Shown: in pieces, positions 1 through 13,784 of the stretch
Layout: each line of letters starts with the position of its first letter
How positions within the stretch are numbered: position 1 is the first letter of the stretch
From: Chiloscyllium plagiosum
Taxonomy: Eukaryota
Assembly (NCBI RefSeq): GCF_004010195.1
Contig: NC_057718.1
Span: 102,570,231-102,622,503, forward strand
DNA: 52,273 nt
Direction of reading: 5' to 3'
Translations under genes and position numbers: made by a program
Notes under the pieces: model-generated
What the model was told of the DNA's origin: nothing
Database searches by the model: none
Seen by the model: the letters and a program-made list of their open reading frames with translations, nothing else

Positions 1-145
1 TGGAACCTGCAACAGCCAATCCTGTCCCTGTTCTGCCCATGTCTCCGTAATAGCCACAACATCGAAATCCCAATCGAAAACCCACGCTGCAAGTTCACCT
101 ACCTTATTTCGTATACTTCTTTGCATTGAAGATACACACTTCAAG
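1..145 (-). mobile_element. CR1 LINE ORF2 fragment (APE endonuclease N-terminus)
   Basis: The reverse strand reads LKCV..NA.SIRNKVGELAAWVFDWDFDVVAITETWAEQGQDWLLQVP (with frameshifts), the typical start of a CR1 endonuclease; it runs off the left edge. Confidence 0.85.
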
Positions 146-1371
146 CCACTTTCCTGTTTACAGGCACCCTCCTTTGAGATTGATGCCATGTTCCTAACCT
201 CCCTACACTCCCTTGTTTCTACTGAATTGAGAAATGAAGATCATTGCAGGCAAAAGTAGTTTACCAATATTAATGGATCAAACTTTGTTTTGAATCAAAC
301 TTGTATGTTTCATAAATGACTACATGCAAGGCTGATTAATTGTTAATTCTGGCTAGAAATCCAAACACAGTGGAAGAACTGGGCGATTTGTCATCTGTGT
401 AGAACATTACATCAAAGCATACCAATGCAACAGCAGCAACTTAGTGATGTAGAAAAACTGCTTCACCTAAAAATTCTTTTCCTTAATTCTTGGTTTGTTA
501 AAGTTCCAACATTTTAAACTCTTGATGCTTAAGTATTTCAGTAATGCACACTCACTTTTAGGCTGGAGTCTTGCTGTTTGTTGCTGAATTTGATTTGTAA
601 ATGTTGCTTATTTTTACCCTGTTTCTGTTGTATTCATTTTTCAAAGGTTATATAAGCTGAATATCCAGTGGTAACAGCCACAGAAACTGTATTTATGAAG
701 TGCCTTTAGCATAAGAATGTTCTTCATGGTCCTTCAGGAGCACAGTGGAATTGATGCTGCCTACCATATCTATCTTCAAGTTTGATTTTAGGGACTGCCT
801 CATAGAATGAGGGAGGGATGAAGAGCTCCCTAGGGAATTGCACAGCTTTGGACCTACATCACTGGAAAGCACGGTCAATGGTCTTTCGTTTGAAGGGAGT
901 AGTTAAAACACAAAACTAATGTTGGAGGAATCCAGAATCCTTAGGCTATGAGGCAAGAGCTGATTATGAAGAAGGCCTTGTGGTTATGGAAGAAGTTTGA
1001 ACATGAAAATTTTAAGAACGATGTATTTGCGAACTGGAAATCTATGTATGTCAGCAAGCATGAGACTGCTGGAAGATTAATGCTTTGTCTGCATAACAAT
1101 GTGTGGCAGAGTTTGGGTGAAGTGCTATTTGTGAAGGACAAAAACTGTAAGACTGGCATGACAAGTCTCGAAATCTATGCGCTAGTTGATTGGAAAGTAA
1201 CAAAAGCATGAAAGAAATTTTAACACATTTCAGCTGAGCCAGAAGTGGAGACAAAAAATGAAGGTGCTTTTTGTGAGAAAGATAATACTAAGGTTGGAAG
1301 GTCAGTGTAGGGTCAAATTTCAGTTGCGAGCAATATGATTTAGATGGGTTGAGTTCTCCCAGTGGTCTTAG

Positions 1372-2432
1372 TCATACAACATGGATACAGACTCTTCCGT
1401 CCAACTTGTCCGTGCTGACCAAGTTTCCCAAACTAAACTCGTTCCATTTGCCTGCATCTGGCTCCCTATTCCTCTAAACTTTTCCTGTTCATGTACCTGT
1501 CCAAATGTCTTTTAAATGTGTTGGGTTCTTTTTTTCTTGAGATTCTTACACACCTGATGCAACTGCAACATGCCACCTTCCTGTGAACAAGCAAAATGTT
1601 ACTAAGCATAGTACAGTACAAGCTTTCGTAGGAACCCTTTTACACACTACACAATGCTTGCAAAGCCATGTCAGGAGATCTGTCTGAACTAAGACCAGTC
1701 TTTCCTTTAGACAAAAACTTTACATCACAGTCAGTAATGCCCACAAGACAAACCCCAGCCATCCCCCATAGTCACATGTCACTGAAGGCACAATGCAGTG
1801 ACCTGATCATCTCCAGAAGCAATGTAATGTAAGTCATTCCTTAATGGCCAAATCTGTTGTGAATCATTTTTTAATTAGAGGGTGAGTTCAGAATTCCAAC
1901 TGTAATATTCTTATTGATTTATGAATAATAATATTCTTTTATTCCGAATAACTAGGAAATGGCCGTGCAAATGGCTCTGAATGGCATGGGGTAGGAATGT
2001 AAATTCCTTACATTCTACCTATAAGACACGGACGTCCCACCCTAGTCTCGACATCCGATATCCTGCAGGTCAGCAGAGCAAATTAAACCTATAATATTTC
2101 AAATGTTGTAACTACCTGCATCTACCACTTCCTGCAGCAGTTCATTCCACATACGATCCACCCTCTCTGTGGGGGGATAAAAGTTGCCCCTCAGGTCCTT
2201 TTTTAAATTTTGCCCATATCACCTTAAACCTGTGTTCTTTAGTTTTGGACTTCATTCCCTGAGTAAAAGACCTTTTTGCTGTTAACCTTATCTATGTCCG
2301 TCATGATTTTATAAACCTCAGTGTTCTCCACCCCAGTGAAACATATCGTCATGTCCAGCTTCTCCTTTATAACTCAAACCCTCCATTCCCGGCAACATCC
2401 TTGTAATTTTTTTCTGAGTCCTCTCCTATTTA
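1372..2432 (-). mobile_element. CR1 LINE 3' end, interrupted by a solo LTR
   Basis: CR1-like 3' sequence at 1372-1518 resumes at 2102-2432. Removing the insert and one AATG restores 'cttttaaatgttgtaactacc'. Confidence 0.75.
1519..2101. mobile_element. Solo LTR, 583 bp (Gypsy/ERV type)
   Basis: Begins TG (tgttggg) and ends CA (atttca); 4-bp TSD AATG at 1515-1518 and 2102-2105; splits a CR1 remnant cleanly. Confidence 0.75.
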
Positions 2433-5400
2433 GGAATCTGTTCATTTGGAGAAACTGTGGCCCATCCATGGTTAAGTGCCAGGCAGTATGACAATTGAGA
2501 TGGGAAGAGCAGCTGGTGTGAGTGGATGCCATAAGCATATATGGGCTTGCCAAAAGGATAAATAGGGGGGCGCAAAAATAAATCTTTGGACAGGACTCTA
2601 TTATATAGATTGGCTAGTTCTGCTTGTTACCTCGTTACCACACTGTAAAGAACCTAAGTGCTTGCACTATACCTTATATTTTTCAACTTTGGCTGTGCCA
2701 GATAAGTAGATTATTCTTAACATCCAAATATTGTTCCCAAAACCAACACTTTGTGTTTGGATTTCTGATGTACCAAAGCAATCTTGAGACAAGTTGTGAA
2801 TTTTAAAATAAGATTAGATTGCCCTCTTCAGGGCAAGTGTATAAATGGAAAAATAAAATATTTCTTTCTTAGTACAGACAACTCTTCTACCAGATGATGC
2901 AAGAATGGGCAAAACATGACAGTTGGCTTAATAGACACTGATTATGGTATTTTACACTAAGTGGAATTTCCTGCGAGTGTGCTGGTATGTAATTCTTTTC
3001 AGTGCTCACTGATGAAATACATCTGCTTTTATCAAAACAAATTAGCGTCTGTTTAATTGAGTCAGCATGCAAGAAAGTTCAGATGTGTATGGATTAACTT
3101 ATTCAATCATTTGAATGAAATCCTTGTGGCCCAAACTAGACATTAACTTGCCAACTTGTCCTTAAACACACAACTCACTCAAATAATACTATTACTATGA
3201 TCTACATCACTCAGAACCCCAATAAATGAGCATAAAAAGCTAAACTGTCTTTTTTGATGCTTAATTGAAGTGTGGTTGGATCTGTCAGATGTTGGTTAAT
3301 GCTGGTGCTACGGGACCAGGGCCATCAGTGTTGCAGCCTTGCTGAGGTAATGTGTGTACTCATTATACCTAAATTAGCACTGACATGGTAAATTAATGTT
3401 ATACTACTTTTGACCTGTCCAAGGAGGTGGTCATGTTTTTATGTTATGAATGTAACATTGCTTGAGCCTAGTAGGCGATGGACAGCCTTCAGATTATGTA
3501 CCCCTTTGGAAAGGCAGATAAAGATGGGTAGGTATATGAGAGATTGGAAGAAATATTACACTCCTCATGGACAGTCCTTTTTAAGGCTATTCTTTCATAG
3601 CTCTCCAATTCTTAACTTGGAAATATGTGGATAAAGGTGAATTATCTGTGAGCACACAAGGCTGGGATGGGCTTGAGAAAAGATGACGACTTGCCTTGAC
3701 TGTCATTGAATGCTTTGACAACTAGCTTCACTACAAACCAGGATTTGGATTAAACAATTGGTGTTGAGTGTGCTTGTATTATGACAATTTTGGACTTTTG
3801 AGAATATCAAGATGGCTGGCATATTGTAATTTGGCCCATGTATATCTTTGCCCATTCTGCACTTGAATAACGAAACAGATATTTCAACTGTGGTCACACT
3901 TGAAGTATGTTGCCTGGGTATGAGTTCAAAAGCTCTTGTGTTTAAGGTTTTGGTCCATGGTATGACTGGCCAGAGAGGATAAATATTCTTATTGAGGCTT
4001 CTGGCACCGTGAATTGAAGAGACCTGCAGTGATCTAGCAATGAAGTTTTTCAGTGATTTAACAATGCGTTGTAGCTAATTTCAATTCTCGATTGCATCTA
4101 AAATCTATGATTGCCCAATTACGGATAAAATCTCTATATCTGGCTGAGAGTTGTCCCTAGGAATGTAGGGGATGAGTGTTCACAACTGGTGTTAAATGCA
4201 GCAGCTTAGGTTGGAATTTACAAAGGTGGTCAATTTCTAGATGTTCCATCTGAACCAGGCACCTATTTGAATTAGAAGAAAAACATTAGTGTCAGTAACC
4301 AATTACTCCCTGTATTGTCTAAACATTTCAAGTTGTGTTGAATCAGAGTTGTTTTTGCCTGGATTTACCTGGCATACTTGTACCATCTGGTTTTTAGATG
4401 AGGGAGCTATGAAGGATGAAATGCGTGAATTTCCTAGCTTGTATTGCCATTGGCCTCTTGGGCATATACTACAGAACTTGCATTCAATTTGTCAGCATTC
4501 TCATTAGCTTGCCTAATATCTTGAATTTCTTGTGATTCTAACAATTTTCTGATTTGGTTCATTTTATTAAATGATCCAAGAGCAACACTTCAGAAATTTT
4601 AAACCTCTAATTCAAATCAGAAACTAATGAGCTAGAAATATAAATGCACATATTACTGAGATTTTTTTTAATTGATGAAATGAATATATGAGGACTAAAG
4701 TATGGACACCTGCAAGCATGATTACAGATATTTGTAAAGAAGAAAAATGAAGAAAGGCCTAATTGAAGATTGTGTTTCACCTTGTACTATACCTAAAAAG
4801 GGATCTTGCTGAAGCCAACAAGACACAAATTAGATTCCCAACTGTTTTTCAGATGCAGAGTTATGTCAGTAACAGTCACATTAGAATATGCTGTCTTTAC
4901 AGTCTGAAGCTTGAAATTTGTCTGTATTTGTTTCTGATAATTTTTTAAATTTAAGTTTGAAATTTGCAAGAATCTGATGAGAGAAACTTATCACATTCGC
5001 CTCGCCGGCTGAGGAACAAGATTTAAAGCCATGGTTACAAAATGTGATGTAAACAATCCTCTGGGTTTTGCTTTACACTCAGCCAAATGCATGAGTGGTT
5101 TATTTCTGGTCTGTTAATAAATCTCTAACCACTTTAATGTTTAGCCAAATATCTCCCTATGCCATGAAAGCTGCATTCTTAAACTGAGTCTGAAATGTAG
5201 TTTTTTTTGGAAAGTATGAATTCTGTTCATACTTAATAGGCAATTAGACAGATGTTTTAATGCATATGTGTTAACTGCTTATATTCGTAAATAAAAGGAG
5301 TGAACTTTGTTACAAGAGTTTCCATTTTCCTTTGATTTCTTTATGGCAGTTTTATTAAATGTACAGTTAGAATTAACCTGCAGCTAAACTCAACTGTGAA

Positions 5401-6109
5401 GGCTCAGTTTTAATACTTCCTGTTTTACATTCTCCAATGCATTGGTTAATGAGTTATTGATGTAAAATGATTTTGCTCAATTCTTCCTATGTGATACATT
5501 CACTTTCTTGAGTCTGACCAGTTGGATTGTGGCTAATCTGTTTAACTCCATTAGCTGAGTTGGTTCCATTCCCGTTCATACTTTTAATAAGTTTTCATGT
5601 GATCTGTGAATCTAACCTCAACGGATTTTGGGGAGCAGCCTTTCAGCCTTCCTAAGTACAACTGAAGGGCTGAACACATTTTAATTTAAAACTTCTAGTT
5701 TGCTAATGTTATTAAGAACATTAATTTTATGCTAATGTTATTATTGCTCCCTTGATGCTCAAGCGTTTTTAACTTTGGGAGATGAGCAGTTATCTTCCCA
5801 CTTTCTTTTCTCATGGGGATGCAAGTAACAGGAAAGTAAGACCTGCATTATGCTCTTCTTTTATTTTTAAGTCTCATTTAAGTATTTTTGAAAATTTGGT
5901 CTGGGAGGAAACCAAGCCATTTGGGGCACTGGAATGGGGGAGAAAAGGGGTAGATCACTAGAGATACCAATTCTATTTGGTGGTTAAGCTCCACAATAGA
6001 CTAAAATGCAGACTATTCAGATTTTTCACTTTCTTCGTAGCTACTGGTATATGTGTAAATACAATACATTTGGATTTTACAAAGTGAACTATGATGCAAG
6101 AGCACTCCC

Positions 6110-6295
6110 TGAAAGGGTGATGGAAGCATGTTGAATAACAATGTTCATAAAGCAAATTGGATAAATACTTGAAAAGGAAAGATTCCCTAACAGTAGGGAA
6201 GGACCTGGGAATGGAACTAATTAGATAACTATTTCAGAGAGTCTACATAGGTACAAATGGCCTCCTCCAATGCTGTGTCATTACTTGATGCTATA
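6110..6295 (+). mobile_element. Decayed CR1 3' end
   Basis: 'gaaagggtgatggaagca...aaattggataaatacttgaaaagg...aaatggcctcctccaatgctgt' resembles a CR1 3' terminus. Confidence 0.5.
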
Positions 6296-7369
6296 GAAGT
6301 ATTAGATTTTGTTAAATATTTAGCATACATGTTACAATTTGTATTATAAATAATCTTCACTCCATTTTTTGTAATCTATTTCCTTTTGAAGGATCCATCT
6401 TAAAATGTATGATTTAAGAATATGATTCACAGTTACAACTTATCTCCATTGTAACATGCTATTTAGTATTAGCTGCAGTTAGTGTTCTGCATATTTTTAA
6501 CAAAATATAATCTGTGGTAACAAATGCAGTGAGGAACAGCTTTGCCAGGTTTGCCAAATGTAATTTACAATATTTGGTACAGTGTTGAGTTTCTATTCTG
6601 GATGCTACCCAATCTATCTCTCACTCCATTAAAGGATAAATGCAAGCCAAGCTGAGTTGTAGCTCATAGCTGATCTTTTATTATCTTTCCTACTTTGCTT
6701 GTCCTAAGGAATGAATAGGATTTAGTCCCAGCCCAGTCCCATTTGGGCTTTGAAACACTTACTGTTTGCTCTATCTTCTAGGACGTGCTGTTAGGGTAGT
6801 GATAGAAGCAAATATAATTGCAAAGTTTGAGGTATTTAGACAGACACATGAACAGGCAGAGAATAGAGGGATATGGATCATGTGTGGCCAGATGGGATTA
6901 GTTTAGAATTGCATCATTGGTGAAGTGTGGGAAAAAAGTGAAATACTGAGCCACCCTCTAAGGGCAGAAATAAGTGCAAAGATTTAGGTCATGCTGAACA
7001 GGAGTGGGAGTTGCATGTAGGCTCATCCATAGTGGTAGGAAGTGAGAATTACATGTCCCGTGCATAATTTTGTTAGTGTTGACTGAACTGGAAGTTAGTA
7101 TAGCTCAAAGACTGAGGAAGGGAGTCAGTATGTTGAGTGAAATGCATCAGGTTGAAAAATGGAACTGGTGAGTTTATAAGTTGCATATAATGAAATGCAA
7201 TGTCAAGGAATGTGTAGTGTTGTGGATGAGAGCTTGGTTTTATCTCATTACTGTCATGTGAGAGAGGACTTTTTGATGAGAAAATAGAAATCAAATATAA
7301 TTGCCAGAAAATAACAATGGCAAGCAGAAATATTGTGCATGTCTCAGTCACAAAAACTTTTTGAATAAA

Positions 7370-7525
7370 AATGTGAAGTGCTGGAGAAGCTCAGCACATC
7401 TGGTCATGTTATTCTGAAGATTCATATTGGGCTCTAACTTTATTTCTCTCTTCACAAATGCTGCCACACCTCAAGTTTCTTCAGCATTTTCTATTTTTAT
7501 TTCAGATCTACAGTATCTGCATACT
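7370..7525. mobile_element. Highly decayed Penelope-derived fold-back remnant
   Basis: 'gtgctggagaagctcagc...tctgaaga...tttcttcagcattttctatttttatttcagatct..agtatctgca' has the same layout as the better preserved element at 13785. Confidence 0.5.
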
Positions 7526-8345
7526 TAAGAAAAATAAATCTAAGTCAAAATATTCATGTTTTTTCTTCAGATATAGTTTTTACTTCAGGATTCAGTAATT
7601 GTAAAGAGATGCCACAACAAGTGGAATCCATTCTTGATTGCTTGGATGCACTAGAGACAAAGATCATACAATAGCTAACCCACTTTTTTTTTTAAATATA
7701 CTCCCTCCTATTCTGCTTAAGTATCCCAGTGGTAGATTTTAAAATAGTTTTTATTAGCTTAAATACTGACGTCAAGAATAGATCATTCAGTTTCACTTTT
7801 CAACATGGTTTGTAAAATTAGCAGTTGTTCCACTGGTGATGAACTTGTTCTAATTACTTTGTGCCAACAGTCCAACTGGAGAATTATTGATTGGGGCACT
7901 GCCGAATTGCATGTGGTTTAGCCTTGAGGAATGTGAATTTTGTCAATAATTTGGTCTCCAGTTTAAGAAACTAAATAAATTGCTTATAATCACTTCACAA
8001 TAGCATTATTTTTCTGTGGGTTATCACTTTTATCCAGAAGTAATGAAACACATTTAATTCCCATTGCGTAGGCTGTTTCTTCAAACGGTCTGATTGTAGC
8101 ATTAGGGAACAAATTAAAAGCCATCATCTGACATTTTGTGAATACACGTTATAGATACATTTTATTATGAGTAATTATTCATGAGCAGCTGGCACTGTGA
8201 ACCAGCATAGCATAATTTGATTTGATTTGTTTTGTTTTAGAAATGGCTAATTGGTTTCCAGTTAAACATGTTATAGTAACATAGTATTTAGAAAACGGCA
8301 GTTTTGCTTGAACTTGGTTTCTTTGATTTTATTGTATCATCAGCT

Positions 8346-8604
8346 GGTGTGGCTCAGTGGTGGGTTCGATCCCACCTTCAGGTGCTCCGGTTTCCTTCCC
8401 AGTCTAATGATGTGCAGGTTAGGTGGATTGGCCATACTAATCTGCCCTGTGGTATCCAGGGATGTGCAGGCTATGTGAATTAGCCATGGGAAATGCAAAG
8501 TGACAGGGATAGGGTATAGGGTGGGTCTAGGTGGGATGTTCTTCGGAGGATTGGTATGGGCTTGATGGGTCAAATGGTCTGCTTCAACACTGTAGACATT
8601 CTAT
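8346..8604 (+). mobile_element. HE1-like V-SINE, internally deleted
   Basis: A-box 'tggctcagtgg', B-box 'ggttcgatccc', core 'ggtgctccggtttccttccc...gtgcaggttaggtggattggcc'. Confidence 0.8.
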
Positions 8605-8869
8605 CAAAAAGTGATAGTCCATGTTATGGAATATTTGATATCTGCATACTTCCTGAAAATTTGGATACTCTGATTTAGAAGATTAAATCCTTTGGAGCCT
8701 TCCAGCTTAGACCTGGACATCATTATTTGTGTAACAAAAAATAATTTGCCATTATGCAGCATTTAAATTTAAAGATATTATGAAGTGCAATTTGCCACAG
8801 AACCACAAATAGGTTTTGGGGATCAAAAATTTGATTAAAGGTTTATGTTTCAAGCTTCTCAAAAAGAGT

Positions 8870-9490
8870 AACCTGACTCCGAGCCTGTCCACCATGTACA
8901 AGGCATAAATCAGGAGTGTGATGGAATGTACTCTTTTGGATGAGTGCAGCACCAACAACACTCAAGACACTTGACACCACCCTCAGCACAAATCAGTCCC
9001 ACATGATTGGCACCCCATCCTAATGTCTTCAACATTCATTCTGTCAACCGTTGACTCTCCAGTGATGGTAGTATGCACCATCCACAAAATGCATTGTAAC
9101 AACTCACCAAGGCTTCTTTTGTCAGAATCTACCAAACTCATGATCTCTACCACATAGAAGGACAAGAGCAGCAGATATTTGGGAATACCACTTGCAAGTT
9201 CCTCTCCAAGCCCCACTCTGTCTTGATTTTGAAGCTATATTTCTGTTCAATCACTGGAGCTGTGCAGAAATCATTTAGCTTCCTCTGCAACAGTAGCTGT
9301 AGGTGTACCTATGCTCTGTGGTTTGCAGCAGTTCAAGAAGCCATGATGTGGAGGTGCCAGTGGGATGGACGAAGTTAGATCACACAACACCAGGCTATAG
9401 TCCAACAGATTTATTTGAAAATGAAGGCAGCTCGCCACCCTCTTGTAAAAGGCAACTGCGAGTGGGTGATAAATGCTAGCCCAGCTAGTG
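8870..9490 (+). mobile_element. Decayed CR1/L2-group LINE 3' part, with a short Penelope-like piece at about 9345-9420
   Basis: Translates to remnants such as YKA.IRSVME...WMSAAPTTLKTLDT, an RT C-terminal region of a repeat that recurs in this window. Confidence 0.6.
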
Positions 9491-10477
9491 ATGTGTGGGT
9501 TGAGGAAAGGAATTTCAGAATTTGGGGCTATGCAGACAAAGGCATAGCCACTAATGGAGCAGTAATGAAAATCAGGAAAGCTTCAGAGTTTAGAGAATTG
9601 CAGATGCCCATTGGTCTCACCCTAACATTATATTTGCATTTAAAATGCTGTTTTAACTTGCTATTTTCAGCAGTTCACAAGGAAATGTTTTTTGAAGAGA
9701 GAGGATTTGGGCCACTTGTGTTGGCAGTTTTGGGTGCATCATAGTACATTAATTGGAAACTTTTTGTGTTTAACTGTACTTTATAATTTAGTTGTAAATG
9801 ATATGCTTAGGCATGTCTCAAATGTCTGGTTGTAGCTATTAGTAAATGTGCCTTGATATAGTTTTAAAGTGGCAAACTAATACTCGATTTAAAAATTAGT
9901 TAATTGGTGGAATGGTAGTTATGGGCTTCAATTTATTTAAGTTTGTACTGATATACTGAATAGAGCGTTAAACCCAAACTCTCTCCTATGCTTTTTAACT
10001 GATCTTCACTGTTGAGAAAGTGATTAGTTCATTCGGTTTGTCTATTTACACAATACAAATAAATCTGCATCTTCTCCACAGATTCTAAAGCTTTGTACAT
10101 ATCTTGTAAATGAAGGGGGGCATGTAATGTGATGTTTTCTGGATTGATTCTCTCCTGTGCAATCACTGTCAAGCCAACAGAAACAATAACTAACACAACT
10201 TCTGCAAGACATTCACAAATAGGGCTGCTGTAAAACTATACCAAATACTGCTTGTTTTTCCTACCTATGCAATGCATACCTAGAGTGGCTGAGGTAAATG
10301 AGAACAAGTTTTTATAAGCCTTGCTGAAATATGGACTTATAGTGTACTAATTGTTTTCCTCATCAAATATTTTCTTTGTAAAATCAGGCAGTATATTTGT
10401 GCCAACAAATCATAAAGCTTCTACACTGGCAAAATGGTGGGAGTAAATTAGGGTTATAAAATGAGTGAATCATTTTC

Positions 10478-10580
10478 TGGTTAACCTATTAAGAGATATT
10501 GTGACAAATGTCTCTGGAGCAAGTGGGACTGGAACCCAGACCACCTGGTTTGGAAGCAGGGGCACTACCACTGCATCATG
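10478..10580 (-). mobile_element. Short tRNA-derived SINE
   Basis: The reverse strand has 'gcagtggtagtgcccct...ctgggttccagtcccac' (A/B-box-like); related copy at 37143-37262. Confidence 0.5.
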
Positions 10581-11685
10581 GAGTGAGTTAAACTAAAATA
10601 TCATTTAAACACGTGCAGCTGTGGAGACTGAAATCCCAATAAATTGTGTATAAGCTGAAAGTGAAATTGCAGTATCTATTGGAGTGATTCATTTTAAACA
10701 ATTTAACTTTGGATCCATTCATTGGTATGAAGGCCAATGGCTTTCATGTCTTTTTCTTTAGTTCTAGCAGTTGACTTTCTTTACTTCGTTTATGTTTTGT
10801 TATGGATCTGTCAGTGTGAATATTGACAGGCCATTCTATGCCACTGGACTATTGCTCGTTTTCCATGAGGCCACAAGCGGAAACTTTGAATTTCTTTGTA
10901 TAGCCAGATGATTGAAGCTTTCTTTCCAGTTTCCTTTCCACTCCTTCAGTGGCTAGGATGACACTAATTTTGTGCAAACTAAGAATTGAAGTGGAGTGTC
11001 CTGAGATTTTACTGCTGACGAGTCATATACTTTAATCATTAGGAGTCACTTTCATGTGCGGAGCATATAATTGGTTGGCCTTCTGTAATAATGAGGGAAA
11101 TCTATGATGCCATTCCTCACGGCCTATTCAGACTTCTGTCTATGCACTTACAAATAACTTAGTGTGAGCATGGAATTCTGTCTCTTAACACACACATTTC
11201 AAAAGTCAAAGGCAATGGTCCATTTGTGAGAGAACGAGTGCACTTTATTCAAAATATTTCAGAGGTGCTTCAGCTGAAGAGTCTGGTTTAAATTGTTTGT
11301 TGTTAAGAGCAATTAGTTTGCCGTTATGTTGCATCTTTTCATCATGCTCAGGACATTCCAAAGAACTTCACATCAATTTTTGGTGTAATTGAATTCAACT
11401 ACCAATTTGTACATAGCCAGATCCCACAAACAGCAGTTAATGAATTCCAGCTGATCCTTTAAATCCTTTTTACATGAAAATATTAGCTTGCCTGTCCTCT
11501 TCCTCCTCCCAAATGTGGTTTTTAGTCCTTGAACAGTCAGAAATGCCCATCTCTATTGTCTCATGAGCTTCAACATTGCTACTTGCTCATTATGGTGTCC
11601 CAAAAAAAGGAGCAGATGTAGAATATTCAGCTCTTCAAGCCGAGTTTGCCATTCATTATGATCGTGACTGATCATCTAATTTGAT

Positions 11686-11889
11686 GTGGAGGTGCCGGTA
11701 TTGGACCGGGTTTGGACAAAATTTAAAAATCACACGACACCAGGTTGTAGTCCAACAAGCTTATTTGGAAGTACAAGCTTTCGGATTGCTGCTCCTTCGT
11801 CGGGTAGCTAGTGGAGTAGGATCATACGACGTAGATTCTGCACTTCCAAATAAACCTGTTGGACCATAAACTAGTGTCCTGTGATTTCA
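11686..11889. mobile_element. Short Penelope-like fold-back element
   Basis: Inverted arms 'ccaggttgtagtccaacaagcttatttggaagt' and 'acttccaaataaacctgttggaccataaactag'; 12-bp direct repeat ATCTAATTTGAT at 11674-11685 and 11890-11901; degenerate hammerhead on the - strand (CCGACGA-A-GGA..TCC-GAAAGCTT). Confidence 0.75.
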
Positions 11890-11927
11890 ATCTAATTTGA
11901 TAGCCTGTTCCTGATTTTCCCCCATAT

Positions 11928-12294
11928 TTGGATGTAGGTTAGGTCGCTGAGCTAGAAGGTTTGTTTTCAGACATTTTGTCACCTTACTAGATGACATCTT
12001 CAGTGAGCCTCCGAATGAAGCACTGGTGGTGTAGCCTGCTTTCTGTTTTTGTTTCCTAGGGTTGATGTCATTTCCTGTGGTGACATTTCCTATGGTGATC
12101 TCATTTCCAGTTCTTAGGGGGTGGTAAATGGGATCCAAGTCACTGTGTTTGTTGATAAAGTTCTGGTTGGATCATGTCACCTGAAGATGTCACCCAGTAT
12201 GGTGAGAAAATAATCTGAAAACGAACCTTCCAGCTCAGTGACCAAACCTACATCCAGAACCTCAACCTGAGTTACATATCTTCTCAAAACTCGC
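11928..12294. mobile_element. Penelope-like element: truncated, with inverted pseudo-LTR
   Basis: Inverted arms at about 11930-12005 and 12180-12255; - strand ORF tail ..DLDPIYHPLR; 12-bp TSD TTTCCCCCATAT at 11916-11927 and 12295-12306. Confidence 0.85.
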
Positions 12295-12712
12295 TTTCCC
12301 CCATATCCTTTGATTCCTTTAGGCCCAAGTGCTATATCTAACTCTTTCCTGAAATTATACAATGTTTTGGCCTCAACTGTTTGCTGTGGTAGTGGATTCC
12401 TCAGCAGTCTGACTGAAGAATTTTTCTCCATCTCTGTCTAAATGGAAAACCATTTTAGAACTATGACCCTGGTTCTGGATTCCCCCACCATTTGATAAAC
12501 CTTCGCTGTTGTCTTTCTTTTATAAAAAGAATATCCTTCCTCAGATAAGGAGACCAAAATGACATGCAATTCCAGGTGTGTAAGGTGTATACTAAGGCCC
12601 TGTATAATTGCAGCAAGACATCCCTACTCCATACTCAAATCCACTTGACTGTCAATCTGGCTCAGACTTTGGTTTGTCTGTCTGAGTGTTTCCTTTAGTA
12701 GAAAGGCAAGAG

Positions 12713-12860
12713 GCAGGAAAAACACAATAAGCTAGGCAACATCAGGTCGACATTTCAGATGTAACCCTGCACCTCCTGATAATGTCTGGCTCGCTGTGTT
12801 CTTCCAGCCTCCTGCCTGTCCACTTTGGATTCCAGCATCTGCAGTTTTTTTTCATCTCTA
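12713..12860. mobile_element. Decayed Penelope-derived fold-back remnant
   Basis: 'gcaggaaaaacacaataagctaggcaacatcagg ... cctgataatgtctggctcgctgtgttcttccagc...ggattccagcatctgcagttttt'. Confidence 0.55.
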
Positions 12861-13784
12861 ACCATGAGTGTTTAGTTTGACAGTTGGTTTTGTAATCTCA
12901 GTGGGACTTGATTTGAATTAATTGCTTGTTATCTTGATTGGTAACTGACCCATTGTGAAGTGTTGTTTAGAATTGGTATTGTCACTCAGTGAAGTTATCA
13001 AAGCTGATGGGTACTTTTGGTCACCAAGAAACCTGCTTTAGTATCAGAAAATTGAGCACTTGCTAAGGTTTCCCTCTAGTTTTCCAATTGTGCAATTTCT
13101 CTGAAAATTCTCTATGAACAATTGTCACATTAATTTTTTTTGAAAAGTTCAATAGGTTTCCCTGAAGTGAGTCCTTGAGTGTGTCACTGTTAATTTGTTG
13201 CAGGTTGTTCCAATCCATAATTGTTCTTGATAAAAGAATTCTAAGAGTCTTATGTTTTTCTCTCTTTGTGCATAAGCCACTGGCAACTCCAGGAGTAGTC
13301 CAAAGAACTTAAATTTGAAGCTGTAACAGTTATGGGTGAGTTAAGACAACCAGTCCAGTAAATTCCAAGTATTTCTCCATCATTTTTGTTTTATCTGAAT
13401 AAATAAATAAATCTGTACAAATATTTTAATGCATGCTCAGCTTCAAGTATATTTTAGAGCAAATGTTAGACCTAACTGGAGGTTAACCCAAATACAGCAG
13501 AAATTAAGGTCACCACTGTGTTCACTGGTGCTCTTATGGAAACTAATATTGAGCTCTGATTTATGAGAAACTGTTGGGAATAATCCTAATGGTAATTACT
13601 CTGTTTGCCTATTTGATTGCAGGTGTGTGTTTTTGTGACAAAAGAGGGAAAGGAAATCTTCGAGCCTATATTCTACCTTCAAATAATATCCCCAGTAACA
13701 GTTTGACTAATTGCTTATTGGCTACAGTCTGTAGGAATTTTGTTAAAAATTATCGCCATGCTTGTCTGACCAAGTAATTATGTA

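Larger units (their letters stand above)
11605..12642 (-). mobile_element. CR1 LINE 3' remnant hosting two nested Penelope-like insertions
   Basis: ORF-track remnant QQTVEAKTLYNFRKELDIALGPKGIKGYG (CR1 ORF2 C-terminus); the sequence is continuous across the TSD-flanked inserts. Confidence 0.75.

Noticed and set aside
5777..5800. 'gggagatgagcagttatctt' as PPP3R1 exon 2 (GNEASYP)
   Set aside because: Only superficial similarity; no acceptor AG, the frame does not give GNEASYPLEMCSH, and no donor follows.
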